The notes: generated by a model from the letters alone, not told the origin. A stretch of 49,671 nt of DNA from an uncultured Bacilli bacterium (GCA_944332465.1 CALVJZ010000001.1:1-49671); one strand, 5' to 3'; shown: positions 37,345-46,684, counted from the stretch's first letter. Program-made: numbers and translations.

Positions 37345-38595
37345 TTAAGCCACTACTGGCATCCCTGTAAGCAATTCTTGAGTACCTGCATTAGTCTTTT
37401 CAACTTTTTCAGTATTTTTATCAATTTCTTTGTAATTATTCTCTGTTCTTTGTTTAAAATCTAAAACAGATTTGTTATCCTCTTCAATACCAGCTTTTAA
37501 AGTTGTTCTTATTTCTTCGACTCTCGCTAATGCATCTGCCCTACTTTTCTGAGCATCAGCAACTTCTTTTTCAGATCTATGTAAATTTTCTACACTCTCT
37601 TCATACTTTTCTTTAGCTTCTTTCATGTTTTTCATACTTTGAGATTTTTGCTCTTCAAGTTTCCTTATCTCAGCTAAAATAGATACAATATCTTCATCAT
37701 CAACATTTGGTGTTTCAAAAGATGTAGTAACATCAACAGCATTTACATCGTCAAAGTTTTTCTCATCAGCAGAATCTACAACCACGAATCTATCAACTAT
37801 TTCTTTTCTTTCAGGAGCAATAACAACCATATCCCTAGATACATTTTGATTAACAGCCTTTTCTTCTACTGAATCCTTAACTTCAACTACTGTTTCTTGT
37901 TTTTCTTCAGGTGAGAACAAATCGTTATTAGTAAATCTTGGTAAATCAGTTTCAGCTGTATCACTAAATTTTTTCATTTTTGCTGGAGCCATAGCAGCTT
38001 TCTTTACACTAACAGATTTTTTCAAATCAGCTGCAGAAAAATATGGTGGTATAGGAATCTCGACTGGAGTAAATACAAAAGCATCATTTACCTTTTCTTG
38101 AACCTCAGAAGAATCAACATTTGAAACTTCTACATCTGTAGAAACATCAGGGACACTCTCATTAACTTCTTCAACAGTAGAAGCACTTTCAAGTCCTACA
38201 ACATCTGCCATTTCTTCAATATTTGCTACGACAGTATTTGTAACAACATGTTCATACATTTTAGGAGTCAAACGAATAGCTCTTTTTCCTAAAACATTCC
38301 AACTAACTTCCAATAACATTGCAACATTTTTTAATTCAATTCCATCTAAAATTGGATTTGATTCTTTCTTATCAACGTCATTAACCACTGGTTTACTTTG
38401 TTCATGAACATCTGTATTAACAACACTACTTTTTTGATTACCATCAACATTAACAGAAGATTTTTCACTTTCAAAAGAAGAAAGCTTCTCACTAATCCCC
38501 TTTTGCGAACGTTCACTAATTTTTATTCTACGTGAAACATTAACCAAATTAGCAAAATCAAAATCAGAAAGTGATTTTAAAACGATATTATCCAT
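37345..38595 (-). CDS. Hypothetical acidic, Val/Glu/Asp/Ser-rich protein with a C-terminal coiled coil
   Basis: 416-aa ORF with long low-complexity acidic stretches and a heptad-like C-terminus (ILAEIRKLEEQKSQSMKNMKEAKEKYEESVENL...). No motif recognised. Confidence 0.55.
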   Translation of the reverse strand: MDNIVLKSLSDFDFANLVNVSRRIKISERSQKGISEKLSSFESEKSSVNVDGNQKSSVVNTDVHEQSKPVVNDVDKKESNPILDGIELKNVAMLLEVSWNVLGKRAIRLTPKMYEHVVTNTVVANIEEMADVVGLESASTVEEVNESVPDVSTDVEVSNVDSSEVQEKVNDAFVFTPVEIPIPPYFSAADLKKSVSVKKAAMAPAKMKKFSDTAETDLPRFTNNDLFSPEEKQETVVEVKDSVEEKAVNQNVSRDMVVIAPERKEIVDRFVVVDSADEKNFDDVNAVDVTTSFETPNVDDEDIVSILAEIRKLEEQKSQSMKNMKEAKEKYEESVENLHRSEKEVADAQKSRADALARVEEIRTTLKAGIEEDNKSVLDFKQRTENNYKEIDKNTEKVEKTNAGTQELLTGMPVVA

Positions 38596-38628
38596 TTGAT
38601 TTAACCTCCTTTTTATTCAAACACCCAA

Positions 38629-38892
38629 CTATTCACTTTTAGCAAGTTCACGTAACACATCTTTGATGCGATTCCATTCTTCGTCAGTTTCAACACCTAA
38701 TAATTTAGTCTCGCCATTTGAACGATCTACATTAGAAATATAAACAGTTACATTATTATCATCATCACGTTCATTTCTTGTATATATAACGTATTCTTTT
38801 TTTGTATCTTTAAATTCGAAAGCAAATACAACTTCTACTTCCTCGCTAGAACCGTCTTCAGAAACAATTTTCATCATTTTTTTATCATTCAT
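38629..38892 (-). CDS. DUF1292 (UPF0473, YrzB-like) protein
   Basis: The pattern ...DGSSEEVEVVFAFEFKDTKKEYVIYT...ETDEEWNRIKDVLRE is typical of DUF1292. Confidence 0.75.
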   Translation of the reverse strand: MNDKKMMKIVSEDGSSEEVEVVFAFEFKDTKKEYVIYTRNERDDDNNVTVYISNVDRSNGETKLLGVETDEEWNRIKDVLRELAKSE

Positions 38893-38954
38893 AAAGTTAG
38901 CCTCCCTCTATTATCCATATAATATAATTATATCGTATTTTAAAGAAAATACAA

Positions 38955-39236
38955 CTATTTTTTTCTATGTTTTCTTAATAAAAATGTTTTAGCTCCTATA
39001 TTACAAAAATTTTTCTTGTAAAAATCCAAATATTTTATATCATTATATTTTTTTACATTTTCATTTGAAGATTCATAAAAACCTTTTAACCTAATTTTAT
39101 CACCAGAAAAATCTCCAAAAATATAGTCAAAGTCATTAAAGTAATCCGTTACATATTCTTTAACAACATCAAGAGAAAAACATTTATCATCTGAAACCAA
39201 CTCATAGTTATTTCCATTTATTTCAACGTGTTGCAC
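38955..39236 (-). CDS. yutD: YutD-like protein (DUF1027)
   Basis: VEINGNNYELV...FNDFDYIFGDFSGDKIRLKGFY matches the YutD family pattern. Confidence 0.7.
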   Translation of the reverse strand: MQHVEINGNNYELVSDDKCFSLDVVKEYVTDYFNDFDYIFGDFSGDKIRLKGFYESSNENVKKYNDIKYLDFYKKNFCNIGAKTFLLRKHRKK

Positions 39237-39270
39237 AATATCACCTCACACCAATTATATCATATCAAAA

Positions 39271-39987
39271 CTATTTATACGAATAAAATGACATACTAGA
39301 ATTACTGTCAATTATTCCACCATAATAATTAGGAATTTTTCCTGATATAACCTGCATACTTATAGGTACATCAAAAAACACAGTAGAAACTTTAGAAGAA
39401 GTAGGCAAAGATATTTTTTCTTTAACTTCTACCCTAATACTAATTTCTAAAAACAAATTATTAAAACCATAATTGCTTGTTTTCGTTTTAATATAACTAT
39501 TAACGCTTCCTAGAAAAGTCATTTTTAGAGGAATAACAGGACCTAAATTTGAAATAAAACTATTTCCCGTTAAAGAGCCAAGTGGAATTTCGCACACTAA
39601 TCCCTGATCTTTAAAACTATATTTTGCACCATTAACAGATGATGATAAATTATACTTTTCAATGTTCCCATTATCTAAATTTAATAATTTTCTATATATT
39701 TTCTTATTAACCTGACTCAATAGTTTATTTATAATTTTGGAATTATAATCTATCATTTCTATTTCATTATCATTGTTTCTCGTAATTTTAAAAATTTCTT
39801 CATCAAAATGCTTATCAACAACAGAATTAGCAACAGATTTAATAACATTTGTTGTTATACGTTCAGCCTCAAAATTTACATATGGTTTTAAAATACTGTT
39901 AATTTTACTACTGCTAAAAGAAATTATTAAAATACTCAAAAAATAAGTTACTCCCAAATAAATAGACAATATTTTAAAAGTTTTCAT
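39271..39987 (-). CDS. yunB: Sporulation protein YunB
   Basis: N-terminal TM, then IPLGSLTGNSFISNLGPVIPLKM...YGFNNLFLEISIRVEV...PISMQVISGKIPNYY, which parallels B. subtilis YunB block by block. Confidence 0.8.
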   Translation of the reverse strand: MKTFKILSIYLGVTYFLSILIISFSSSKINSILKPYVNFEAERITTNVIKSVANSVVDKHFDEEIFKITRNNDNEIEMIDYNSKIINKLLSQVNKKIYRKLLNLDNGNIEKYNLSSSVNGAKYSFKDQGLVCEIPLGSLTGNSFISNLGPVIPLKMTFLGSVNSYIKTKTSNYGFNNLFLEISIRVEVKEKISLPTSSKVSTVFFDVPISMQVISGKIPNYYGGIIDSNSSMSFYSYK

Positions 39988-40214
39988 AATTTGGAAATAT
40001 TTACCAAAATAACATCTTCACCTATTTTAGCTATATCCTTCCACAAGATTTTTGTGTTATTATTACGATTAAACGAAAGAAGAGAATGATTAGAATCAAT
40101 AATTAAAGACTCTATAAAGCCATCTGACATTACATTTGCATCTATAATATTTCCAATATTTTTACCATCCTTTAATGATACAATTTGTTTGTTTTGTAAT
40201 TCTGATAACTTCAT
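39984..40214 (-). CDS. ylmC: YlmC/YmxH family sporulation protein (PRC barrel)
   Basis: SELQNKQIVSLKDGKNIGNIID...WKDIAKIGEDVILV. Located downstream of sigG, as in Bacillus. It overlaps the yunB start by 4 nt. Confidence 0.8.
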   Translation of the reverse strand: MKLSELQNKQIVSLKDGKNIGNIIDANVMSDGFIESLIIDSNHSLLSFNRNNNTKILWKDIAKIGEDVILVNISKL

Positions 40215-40241
40215 AAAATCACCTAATAAAATATATGCTAT

Positions 40242-41018
40242 TTATTTTAATTTTTTCTTCAATTGTTTAACAGCTCCCTTTTCTATTCTTGAAACTTGAG
40301 CTTGACTTATTTGCAAATCTTGAGCAATTTCCATCTGTGTTTTACCTAATAGAAATCTCTCATCCAAAATATATTGTGAACGTTCATCCAGTTCACCTAT
40401 AGCATTATCTAAAGATAATTTCATCGATACGTCATAAGAAGAACTACTTTTATCCTCTATTTGATCAACTAAATAAATAGTATCACCACCATCAGAATAA
40501 ATTGGTTCAAAAATACTAATTGGTTCACGTAATGAATCTAAAGCTTGTACAATATCAAAAACAGAAACATCTAATTTTTCAGCTAAATCTTCCATAGCAA
40601 TCTCACAGCCATTTTTTATATAATACTCTTCTTGATATTTTAAAACTTTATAAGCTAACTCTTTTAAAGAGCGACTTACCCGCACACTATTATTATCTCT
40701 TAAATATCTTCTAACTTCACCTAAAATCATGGGTACCGCATAAGTTGAAAACTTAACACCATGTGATAAATCAAAATTATCAATAGCTTTTAATAATCCT
40801 ACACAACCAATTTGAAACAAATCATCCATATTATCCACATGATTATGAAATCTTTTCAAAATAGAAAGAACCAATTTTAAATTTCCTTCAACCAAATCAT
40901 TTCTTGCTTCAACATCACCATTCTTGTATTTTTCAAATAATTCGTTCATTTCTTTAAAAGTTAACACCGGAATCTTACTAGTATCTATACCACTAATTTC
41001 TACTTTATATTTTGCCAT
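40242..41018 (-). CDS. sigG: Sporulation sigma factor, SigG type (forespore, late)
   Basis: KVEISGIDTSKIPVL...NLKLVLSILKRF...DDLFQIGCVGLLKAIDNFD...FSTYAVPMILGEVRRYLRDNNSVRVSRSLKE is the SigF/SigG signature. There is no spoIIAA/AB upstream, and ylmC downstream favours SigG. Confidence 0.85.
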   Translation of the reverse strand: MAKYKVEISGIDTSKIPVLTFKEMNELFEKYKNGDVEARNDLVEGNLKLVLSILKRFHNHVDNMDDLFQIGCVGLLKAIDNFDLSHGVKFSTYAVPMILGEVRRYLRDNNSVRVSRSLKELAYKVLKYQEEYYIKNGCEIAMEDLAEKLDVSVFDIVQALDSLREPISIFEPIYSDGGDTIYLVDQIEDKSSSSYDVSMKLSLDNAIGELDERSQYILDERFLLGKTQMEIAQDLQISQAQVSRIEKGAVKQLKKKLK

Positions 41019-41024
41019 AAAAAG

Positions 41025-41055
41025 CTCCTTTCTCTTTTTTTATGAAAGAAAGGAG
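41025..41055 (-). promoter_or_regulatory. Hairpin sequestering the sigG Shine-Dalgarno (also a possible terminator of ttcA)
   Basis: Perfect 9-bp stem on the minus strand: CTCCTTTCT (41047-41055) pairs with AGAAAGGAG (41025-41033). The latter is the sigG SD, 6 nt upstream of the ATG. CUUUUU follows the stem. Confidence 0.6.
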
Positions 41056-41098
41056 TACTTTTTATACAAAATATAACAAAAATACAAAACTACAATAA

Positions 41099-41911
41099 CT
41101 AATTATAATAATCTAAAAATGATATTTTCTGATTATCTTTCTTAATTCCCAAGACAGTTTCAACATTTACATTTTCTGAAGATTTAAAAATATTAGCAGC
41201 AATATTTGAATAATCCTTTTCTAAATCAGAAATTAATTTTTTAACCTCATTACGTTTAGAAGAATAACTATTTGAGTTCGTAAACTTACAAGCACAATTA
41301 ATAAATTCTAAATTATTATATTCACTCCATTTTTTTATGGAATTCTCTCTAACTAAATAAAGAGGTCTAATTAATTCCATACCTTCAAAATTAGTACTTT
41401 TCAATTTAGGGGGCATACTTTTATATTCGCCTCCATATAGAATTGAAAGCATAATTGTCTCAATAACATCATCAAAATGATGACCCAAAGCGATTTTGTT
41501 ACATCCCAACTCTTGCGCTCTAGCATATAAAAAACCTCGACGCATTCTCGCACATAAATAACACGGAGATGCTACCTGTTTATCAACAATTTCAAAAATA
41601 TTAGATTTAAATACCTTAATATCAATTCCTAATACTTTAGCGTTATCTACAATTTTTTCATAAACATCACTGCGATATCCAGGATTCATCACAATATAAC
41701 AGATTTCAAAATTTGCTTTTCCATGTTTTCTTAACTCTTCCATACATTTTGCAAGTAACATAGAATCTTTACCACCTGAAATACAAACTGCTATCTTATC
41801 ACCATCTTTAATTAACTGATAATCACGTACAGCTTTTGTAAATTTACGCCAAATATCTTTTCGAAATCTAGTAATAATACTTCTTTCAATTTCTTCTTTT
41901 CTACTTAACAT
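41099..41911 (-). CDS. ttcA: PP-loop ATPase, tRNA 2-thiocytidine (s2C32) synthetase TtcA family
   Basis: The PP-loop CISGGKDS, the CYLCARMRRGFLY cysteine pair, and GHHFDD. Start placed at the ATG (MLSRKEE). Confidence 0.75.
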   Translation of the reverse strand: MLSRKEEIERSIITRFRKDIWRKFTKAVRDYQLIKDGDKIAVCISGGKDSMLLAKCMEELRKHGKANFEICYIVMNPGYRSDVYEKIVDNAKVLGIDIKVFKSNIFEIVDKQVASPCYLCARMRRGFLYARAQELGCNKIALGHHFDDVIETIMLSILYGGEYKSMPPKLKSTNFEGMELIRPLYLVRENSIKKWSEYNNLEFINCACKFTNSNSYSSKRNEVKKLISDLEKDYSNIAANIFKSSENVNVETVLGIKKDNQKISFLDYYN

Positions 41912-41981
41912 AAGAACACGTCCTTCAATAAACACTAAAATTATACCCTAACAAAAAAAGAAAAGCAATTAATACTTTTCC

Positions 41982-42503
41982 TTACTCTTCTAAAAAGTTA
42001 GCACCTTTATGACCACTATCAGATGGTTCTTCCAATAATAATCCTTGATAATTTTGTTGTCTTAAAACTTCATAAATAACAATAGCAACACTATTTGAAA
42101 CATTAAGGGCACGTACATTATCGGTCATAGGAATTCTCATACAATGCTCTAAATCTTTCTGCAATATTTCTTTTGGAATACCTGTAGATTCTTTTCCAAA
42201 AACAAAATATAAATTATTCCCCTCTATATTACTATAGTCAAAACTTGAATGTGGCTTTTTTCCATATCTTGTAAAATAATAATAAACTCCTGGATTTTTA
42301 CTCTGGAAATCAGAAAAATCCTCATAAACTTCATATTCTAACTTATCCAAATAATTTACCCCTGCCCTTTTTAGATGAGCATCATCTAGCTGAAAACCAA
42401 GTGGTTTAATAAGATGTAACTTCGTCCCTGTAGCTACACAAGTTCTCATAATATTCCCTGTATTCTGAGGAATTTCCGGTTCAAATAAGACTATATGATT
42501 CAT
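41982..42503 (-). CDS. trmL: tRNA (cytidine/uridine(34)-2'-O)-methyltransferase TrmL (SpoU/TrmH class)
   Basis: MNHIVLFEPEIPQNTGNIMRTC...FVFGKESTGIP...LNVSNSVAIVIYE are SPOUT motifs in a ~160-aa single-domain protein. Confidence 0.85.
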   Translation of the reverse strand: MNHIVLFEPEIPQNTGNIMRTCVATGTKLHLIKPLGFQLDDAHLKRAGVNYLDKLEYEVYEDFSDFQSKNPGVYYYFTRYGKKPHSSFDYSNIEGNNLYFVFGKESTGIPKEILQKDLEHCMRIPMTDNVRALNVSNSVAIVIYEVLRQQNYQGLLLEEPSDSGHKGANFLEE

Positions 42504-42527
42504 ATTTCCCTCCTAATGAAAAGAAGA

Positions 42528-43061
42528 CTACTCACTTTCATCTTCTATTCTATTTAATTCTATAAATTGCTCAACTTCTGATATAGATAACTCATCATCT
42601 TCATCAGCTTGTAAAATATTTTTTACTTTTCCATCTTCAAAAACAACAAATGCTGGATAATTAACTTTCAATTGTCTTTTATATGAATATGTATTATTAA
42701 ATGTTTCTACAAAATCTTTAGCTTTAATATTACTTAAATTTAAATAGATAACGCTTTCTTGCAATTCATCTTGTTCTACTAACTTTTTAAAATCCTTTTC
42801 AAAATCTCTACACACTTCGTCTGCAGCAGTACACATATAAATAATAGTAGTTGGATTTTCCATTACGTAATGATCTAACTCATCATACTGTATTTCATAT
42901 AATGAATCACGAATAATTGGAATCTCTCTCTGATGTTCATCATAAATATTGTAAAGCTGACACAAGTACAATACAAGTGCAATAACAGCAGCAAATAAAA
43001 CTATTAAAATAATATAATTTTTTATAGGTATTATTCTTTCCTCTTCAGTTTTCTTTTCCAC
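42528..43061 (-). CDS. Membrane-anchored thioredoxin-fold-like protein (no CxxC)
   Basis: N-terminal TM plus a ~120-aa domain with the same layout as ORF 13917-14504. It has CTAADEVC instead of CxxC and an acidic C-terminus. Confidence 0.45.
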   Translation of the reverse strand: MEKKTEEERIIPIKNYIILIVLFAAVIALVLYLCQLYNIYDEHQREIPIIRDSLYEIQYDELDHYVMENPTTIIYMCTAADEVCRDFEKDFKKLVEQDELQESVIYLNLSNIKAKDFVETFNNTYSYKRQLKVNYPAFVVFEDGKVKNILQADEDDELSISEVEQFIELNRIEDESE

Positions 43062-43126
43062 TAATTATCACTCCTATCTACCATTATTCTATCATAAAAA
43101 CATGCATTTTAACACACTAAAATAAA

Positions 43127-45313
43127 TTATTCCGCTTTCTTTACAACCTCACCAATTAATTTATTACTTTCATCATAAAAATCAAATCGCAAAGAACAAA
43201 TATCTTTTAATAACTTATATTGACTGACATCCTGTGATTGAAAATTCAAAATAGTTGTTAATCCATCTGAAAAATATACAGGAAATTTACGATTGTGCAA
43301 ATCTATTAAAAAATATTGATAATTATTTTCTTGTAAATTTAAAATATTTCCTTTAATAACCATATCTTCAACCTTACCATAACAAACAACTTCAATATTA
43401 GGATAAAAACCAAATTTTTTTTCAAAATCAAAATAAAAATTCCTTATTTCATCAGCATTTAATTCAACAGATAAAGTAATCTTTGAAAACCCTAAATTAT
43501 ATAAATAATAAGCTGTATAAATATTAAACACGTTAAAAGTATAATCAGCAACTACATTTTTATAATCGTTAGCACTATATAACTCCCGTACCAAATTTCT
43601 AGATTTTAAAGTTTCTTTTATATCAAACACACATCTAGGAACAACATAAAAGACTTTATCATTAGCCTGATATTGCTGAAACAGTTCTAAATTGGGAGTA
43701 TAAATTCTTAAAAATTTATATCTAAGGCAAGTATCTAACTGGTCTTTATTATATACTAAACAAGTTTTTTCTAAAGTAGGTTTAATATCAAGTTTTTCAA
43801 AAGATATACTAGCTACAACAGGTTCATATTTAGTAGCACACCTCCTAGCTATTAACTCGCTTACTAAACTCCTACGAATTTCATTAATTTCTCTTAAAGA
43901 AATAAATATGTTTTGATCTGATTCCACGCTTGTCTTTTGACATACAAACGGAGTCTCTCCAAGTTTTTCTAATTGCATACATATTTTAGTATCAGTAACA
44001 GGTGAAGTTATAGATTGTTGAACAATACTTCCTACCTTTTTTATTTTTCGTTCTCCATCACTAATTTCAACACAAAACTCTTCACCAATATGGGCTTTTA
44101 CATAAAATGTAATTGGTATCTTTTTTACAGCTAATTTATTTAATTTCTCCATCAACAAATAATCCAAAGTTTTAGAAACTGTATCCTTACTTGTTAAAGA
44201 TATTTTATTGTCAACAAAACAAATTTCACCACGTGAAACAGATGACACTAACATTCCCTTAGAATTATATAAATAATTTATAATAAAACCCTTTCCACTT
44301 TCTAAAAAGCGAATACCATCACCTTGATGTATACCTTTGTTTAATTTAATACAAATTTTATCTTTTTTAATATCTAATACTTTACCAATTTCAAGCCCTA
44401 TATGGTTAGGACTTTTATTATTTATAATACTACCATCACTAACATCAAATAAATGACCTAAAGTAAATTCTCGATTAAATATAGTCTTTAACTCATCCAT
44501 TTTTAAATCCAAATCTTGAATTTTTCCATTAGAATCAATAAGTTCTCGATAAAGTCTTGTAATAAACCCTACGTATTCCGGGCTTTTCATACGTCCTTCA
44601 ATTTTAAAACTATAAATATTACTATCTAATAATTCATTGAAAGAACTACAAGTATTTAACTCTTTCGTACTTAACAAATACGCTTTATCATGTACTAGTT
44701 TATCACCATCATACAAACGATATGGTAATCTACAAGCTCCCGCACACTCTCCACGATTTCCACTTCTTCCACCAATCATTGAACTCATCAGACAACACCC
44801 GGAATAACAAATGCATAAAGCACCATGTACAAAAACTTCTTTTTCAATAGGGATATCAATTTTTTCAATTTCTTCCAAAGACATTTCTCGTGGTAACACA
44901 ACTCGTTTTACGCCAAGATCATATAATATTTTTATAGTATCATAAGAAGAACTATTAAATTGTGTAGAAGCATGCACTTCCAAATTAGGATAACGTTTTA
45001 AAACATAACAAATCATACCGAAATCTTGCATTAAAATAGCATCAACGCCGTTATTATATAAAAACTCAACCTGTTCTAAAAAAGACGTAACTTCAGAATC
45101 CTTAACCAAAGTATTCATCGTAACATAAAATTTAACATCATATAAATGGCAAAATTTAATAGCTTCAACAATTTCTTCATTCGTAAAGTTTTTAGCAAAT
45201 TTTCTAGCTCCAAAGTTCTGACATCCACCATAAACTGCATCGGCACCATTCATAACAGCTTGCTTTAAGCATGCCATATCACCTGCTGGAACTAGTAATT
45301 CATGTTTTTTCAT
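43127..45313 (-). CDS. Peptidase U32 family protein, long form (RlhA/TrhP-type RNA hydroxylation family)
   Basis: ELLVPAGD...AVYGG, the HASTQ motif, and the Cys cluster CICYSGCCLMSS...RSGNRGECAGACRLPY. The C-terminal half carries a second degenerate U32-like segment (...TLSVELNADEI). Start moved to MKKHELL (SD GAGGTGGG). Confidence 0.85.
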   Translation of the reverse strand: MKKHELLVPAGDMACLKQAVMNGADAVYGGCQNFGARKFAKNFTNEEIVEAIKFCHLYDVKFYVTMNTLVKDSEVTSFLEQVEFLYNNGVDAILMQDFGMICYVLKRYPNLEVHASTQFNSSSYDTIKILYDLGVKRVVLPREMSLEEIEKIDIPIEKEVFVHGALCICYSGCCLMSSMIGGRSGNRGECAGACRLPYRLYDGDKLVHDKAYLLSTKELNTCSSFNELLDSNIYSFKIEGRMKSPEYVGFITRLYRELIDSNGKIQDLDLKMDELKTIFNREFTLGHLFDVSDGSIINNKSPNHIGLEIGKVLDIKKDKICIKLNKGIHQGDGIRFLESGKGFIINYLYNSKGMLVSSVSRGEICFVDNKISLTSKDTVSKTLDYLLMEKLNKLAVKKIPITFYVKAHIGEEFCVEISDGERKIKKVGSIVQQSITSPVTDTKICMQLEKLGETPFVCQKTSVESDQNIFISLREINEIRRSLVSELIARRCATKYEPVVASISFEKLDIKPTLEKTCLVYNKDQLDTCLRYKFLRIYTPNLELFQQYQANDKVFYVVPRCVFDIKETLKSRNLVRELYSANDYKNVVADYTFNVFNIYTAYYLYNLGFSKITLSVELNADEIRNFYFDFEKKFGFYPNIEVVCYGKVEDMVIKGNILNLQENNYQYFLIDLHNRKFPVYFSDGLTTILNFQSQDVSQYKLLKDICSLRFDFYDESNKLIGEVVKKAE

Positions 45314-45369
45314 AATACCACCCACCTCATTATATCATAAATTAAGGAGCAAAAATCATATATTAAATT

Positions 45370-45603
45370 ATGAATAACATGACAAAATGGAGTATTGTTT
45401 GTATAGTTTTAATCACAATTTTTACCAATCTAAACAGCAAAAACGAAAGAATTTTAGGTTGGCAAATTACAATAACAATACTATTTTTATTATACATAAC
45501 TGAAAAAGAAATAAATAATATTGAAGAAAGACGTCTAATAAATAGTATGTTAATCTTCTCAGGTACTTTTTCTTATCTATATTTTTTTACAAAAGAAAAA
45601 TAG
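45370..45603 (+). CDS. Hypothetical small membrane protein
   Basis: 77-aa ORF with three hydrophobic stretches. No SD is obvious. It is one of very few plus-strand ORFs. Confidence 0.3.
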   Translation: MNNMTKWSIVCIVLITIFTNLNSKNERILGWQITITILFLLYITEKEINNIEERRLINSMLIFSGTFSYLYFFTKEK

Positions 45604-45620
45604 CCCTAAAGGCTACTTTT

Positions 45621-46163
45621 TTATTCATAATTATCAGCTTTAACTTCCATAAAACTTTGTGGATGAGCACAAACTGGACAAACTGCAAGAGCTTCTTTAC
45701 CTGTATAAACATAACCACAGTTACGACATACCCAAATTTTGTCTCCATCCTTTTTAAATACTCTTTCATCTTTAACATTTTTAAGTAATGTTAAATATCT
45801 CTTTTCATGTTCTTTTTCAATTTCAGCAACTTTTTCAAATAAAACAGCAAGTCTAGTAAATCCTTCTTCTCTAGCTGTTTCTGCAAAACCTTTATACATA
45901 TCAGTCCATTCATAGTTTTCACCAGCAGCTGCATCTTCTAAGTTAGTTGCTGTATCAGGAATTTCTCCACCATGTAACTCTTTAAACCATAATTTAGCAT
46001 GTTCTTTTTCGTTATTAGCAGTTTCTTCAAAAATAGCAGCTAATTGTTCATATCCATCCTTACGTGCTTTACTAGCATAGTAAGTATATTTATTTCTCGC
46101 TTGACTTTCACCAGCAAAAGCAGTCATTAAATTTTGTTCTGTTTTACTTCCTTTTAATTCCAT
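45621..46163 (-). CDS. rbr: Rubrerythrin
   Basis: Ferritin-like diiron motifs ([25 protein letters not shown]) plus a C-terminal rubredoxin (CRNCG...CPVC). Start moved to [12 protein letters not shown] (SD AAGGT). Confidence 0.9.
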   Translation of the reverse strand: MELKGSKTEQNLMTAFAGESQARNKYTYYASKARKDGYEQLAAIFEETANNEKEHAKLWFKELHGGEIPDTATNLEDAAAGENYEWTDMYKGFAETAREEGFTRLAVLFEKVAEIEKEHEKRYLTLLKNVKDERVFKKDGDKIWVCRNCGYVYTGKEALAVCPVCAHPQSFMEVKADNYE

Positions 46164-46265
46164 CAAAAATACCTTCTTTCTCTTATTTTCACATATTAAG
46201 AATCTCCTAATACTAGATATCTGTAGCATAACACAAATATCAAAGTATCGCAAGAATCTACATAA

Positions 46266-46652
46266 TTATTTATCAATAATTTCCTGACATAAATTACAAG
46301 TTCCTTCTAACATTACAGAAACCGTAGAAATACAAAATCTTTTATCAATTTGAGCTATAATATTATCATAACAAACATCATCTACATCACAAATTTTATG
46401 ACAACAATTACAAACAAAATGTGCATGAAAAGTGCAATTAGCATCATAATGTTCAACACCGTCTACCGTAGAAAACTTTTTTATCTTTCCCAAAGACACT
46501 AACTTAGAAACATTACGATAAACAGTTGCTTGACCAATATGATAACCTTTCATATTAATTTCGTCACATAACTCTTTTACTGTAGGATGATTATTAGAAC
46601 TACATAAAATATCATATATAATTTCTTTTTGTCTTGTATTTCTTTCTTTCAT
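46266..46652 (-). CDS. Fur-family metalloregulator (PerR-like by context)
   Basis: RNTRQKEIIYDIL winged helix, HAHFVC, and two CxxC pairs (CNCC, CNLC). Located immediately upstream of rubrerythrin. Start at the ATG (MKERNTRQ) with SD AAGGA. Confidence 0.85.
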   Translation of the reverse strand: MKERNTRQKEIIYDILCSSNNHPTVKELCDEINMKGYHIGQATVYRNVSKLVSLGKIKKFSTVDGVEHYDANCTFHAHFVCNCCHKICDVDDVCYDNIIAQIDKRFCISTVSVMLEGTCNLCQEIIDK

Positions 46653-46661
46653 AGGCAATCC

Positions 46662-46684
46662 TTATTGATAATAATTATCAATAA
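46662..46684. promoter_or_regulatory. Fur-box operator, perfect 23-nt palindrome
   Basis: TTATTGATAATAATTATCAATAA contains the classical 7-1-7 TGATAATnATTATCA. It lies between the -10 element and the SD of the Fur-family gene. Confidence 0.75.

Noticed and set aside
41063-41098. A clear sigma-A promoter for sigG in the ttcA-sigG spacer.
   Set aside because: No TTGACA/TATAAT-like pair with 16-18-nt spacing is present. Only the weak forespore-type GTATA-18-CATAAAA candidate was found, and it is discussed in the findings.
45596-45625. A bidirectional terminator between ORF 45370-45603 and rubrerythrin (TAGCC-CTAAA-GGCTA flanked by A- and T-runs).
   Set aside because: The stem is only 5 bp, which is too weak to call confidently. 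It probably contributes to termination, but I did not list it as a feature.
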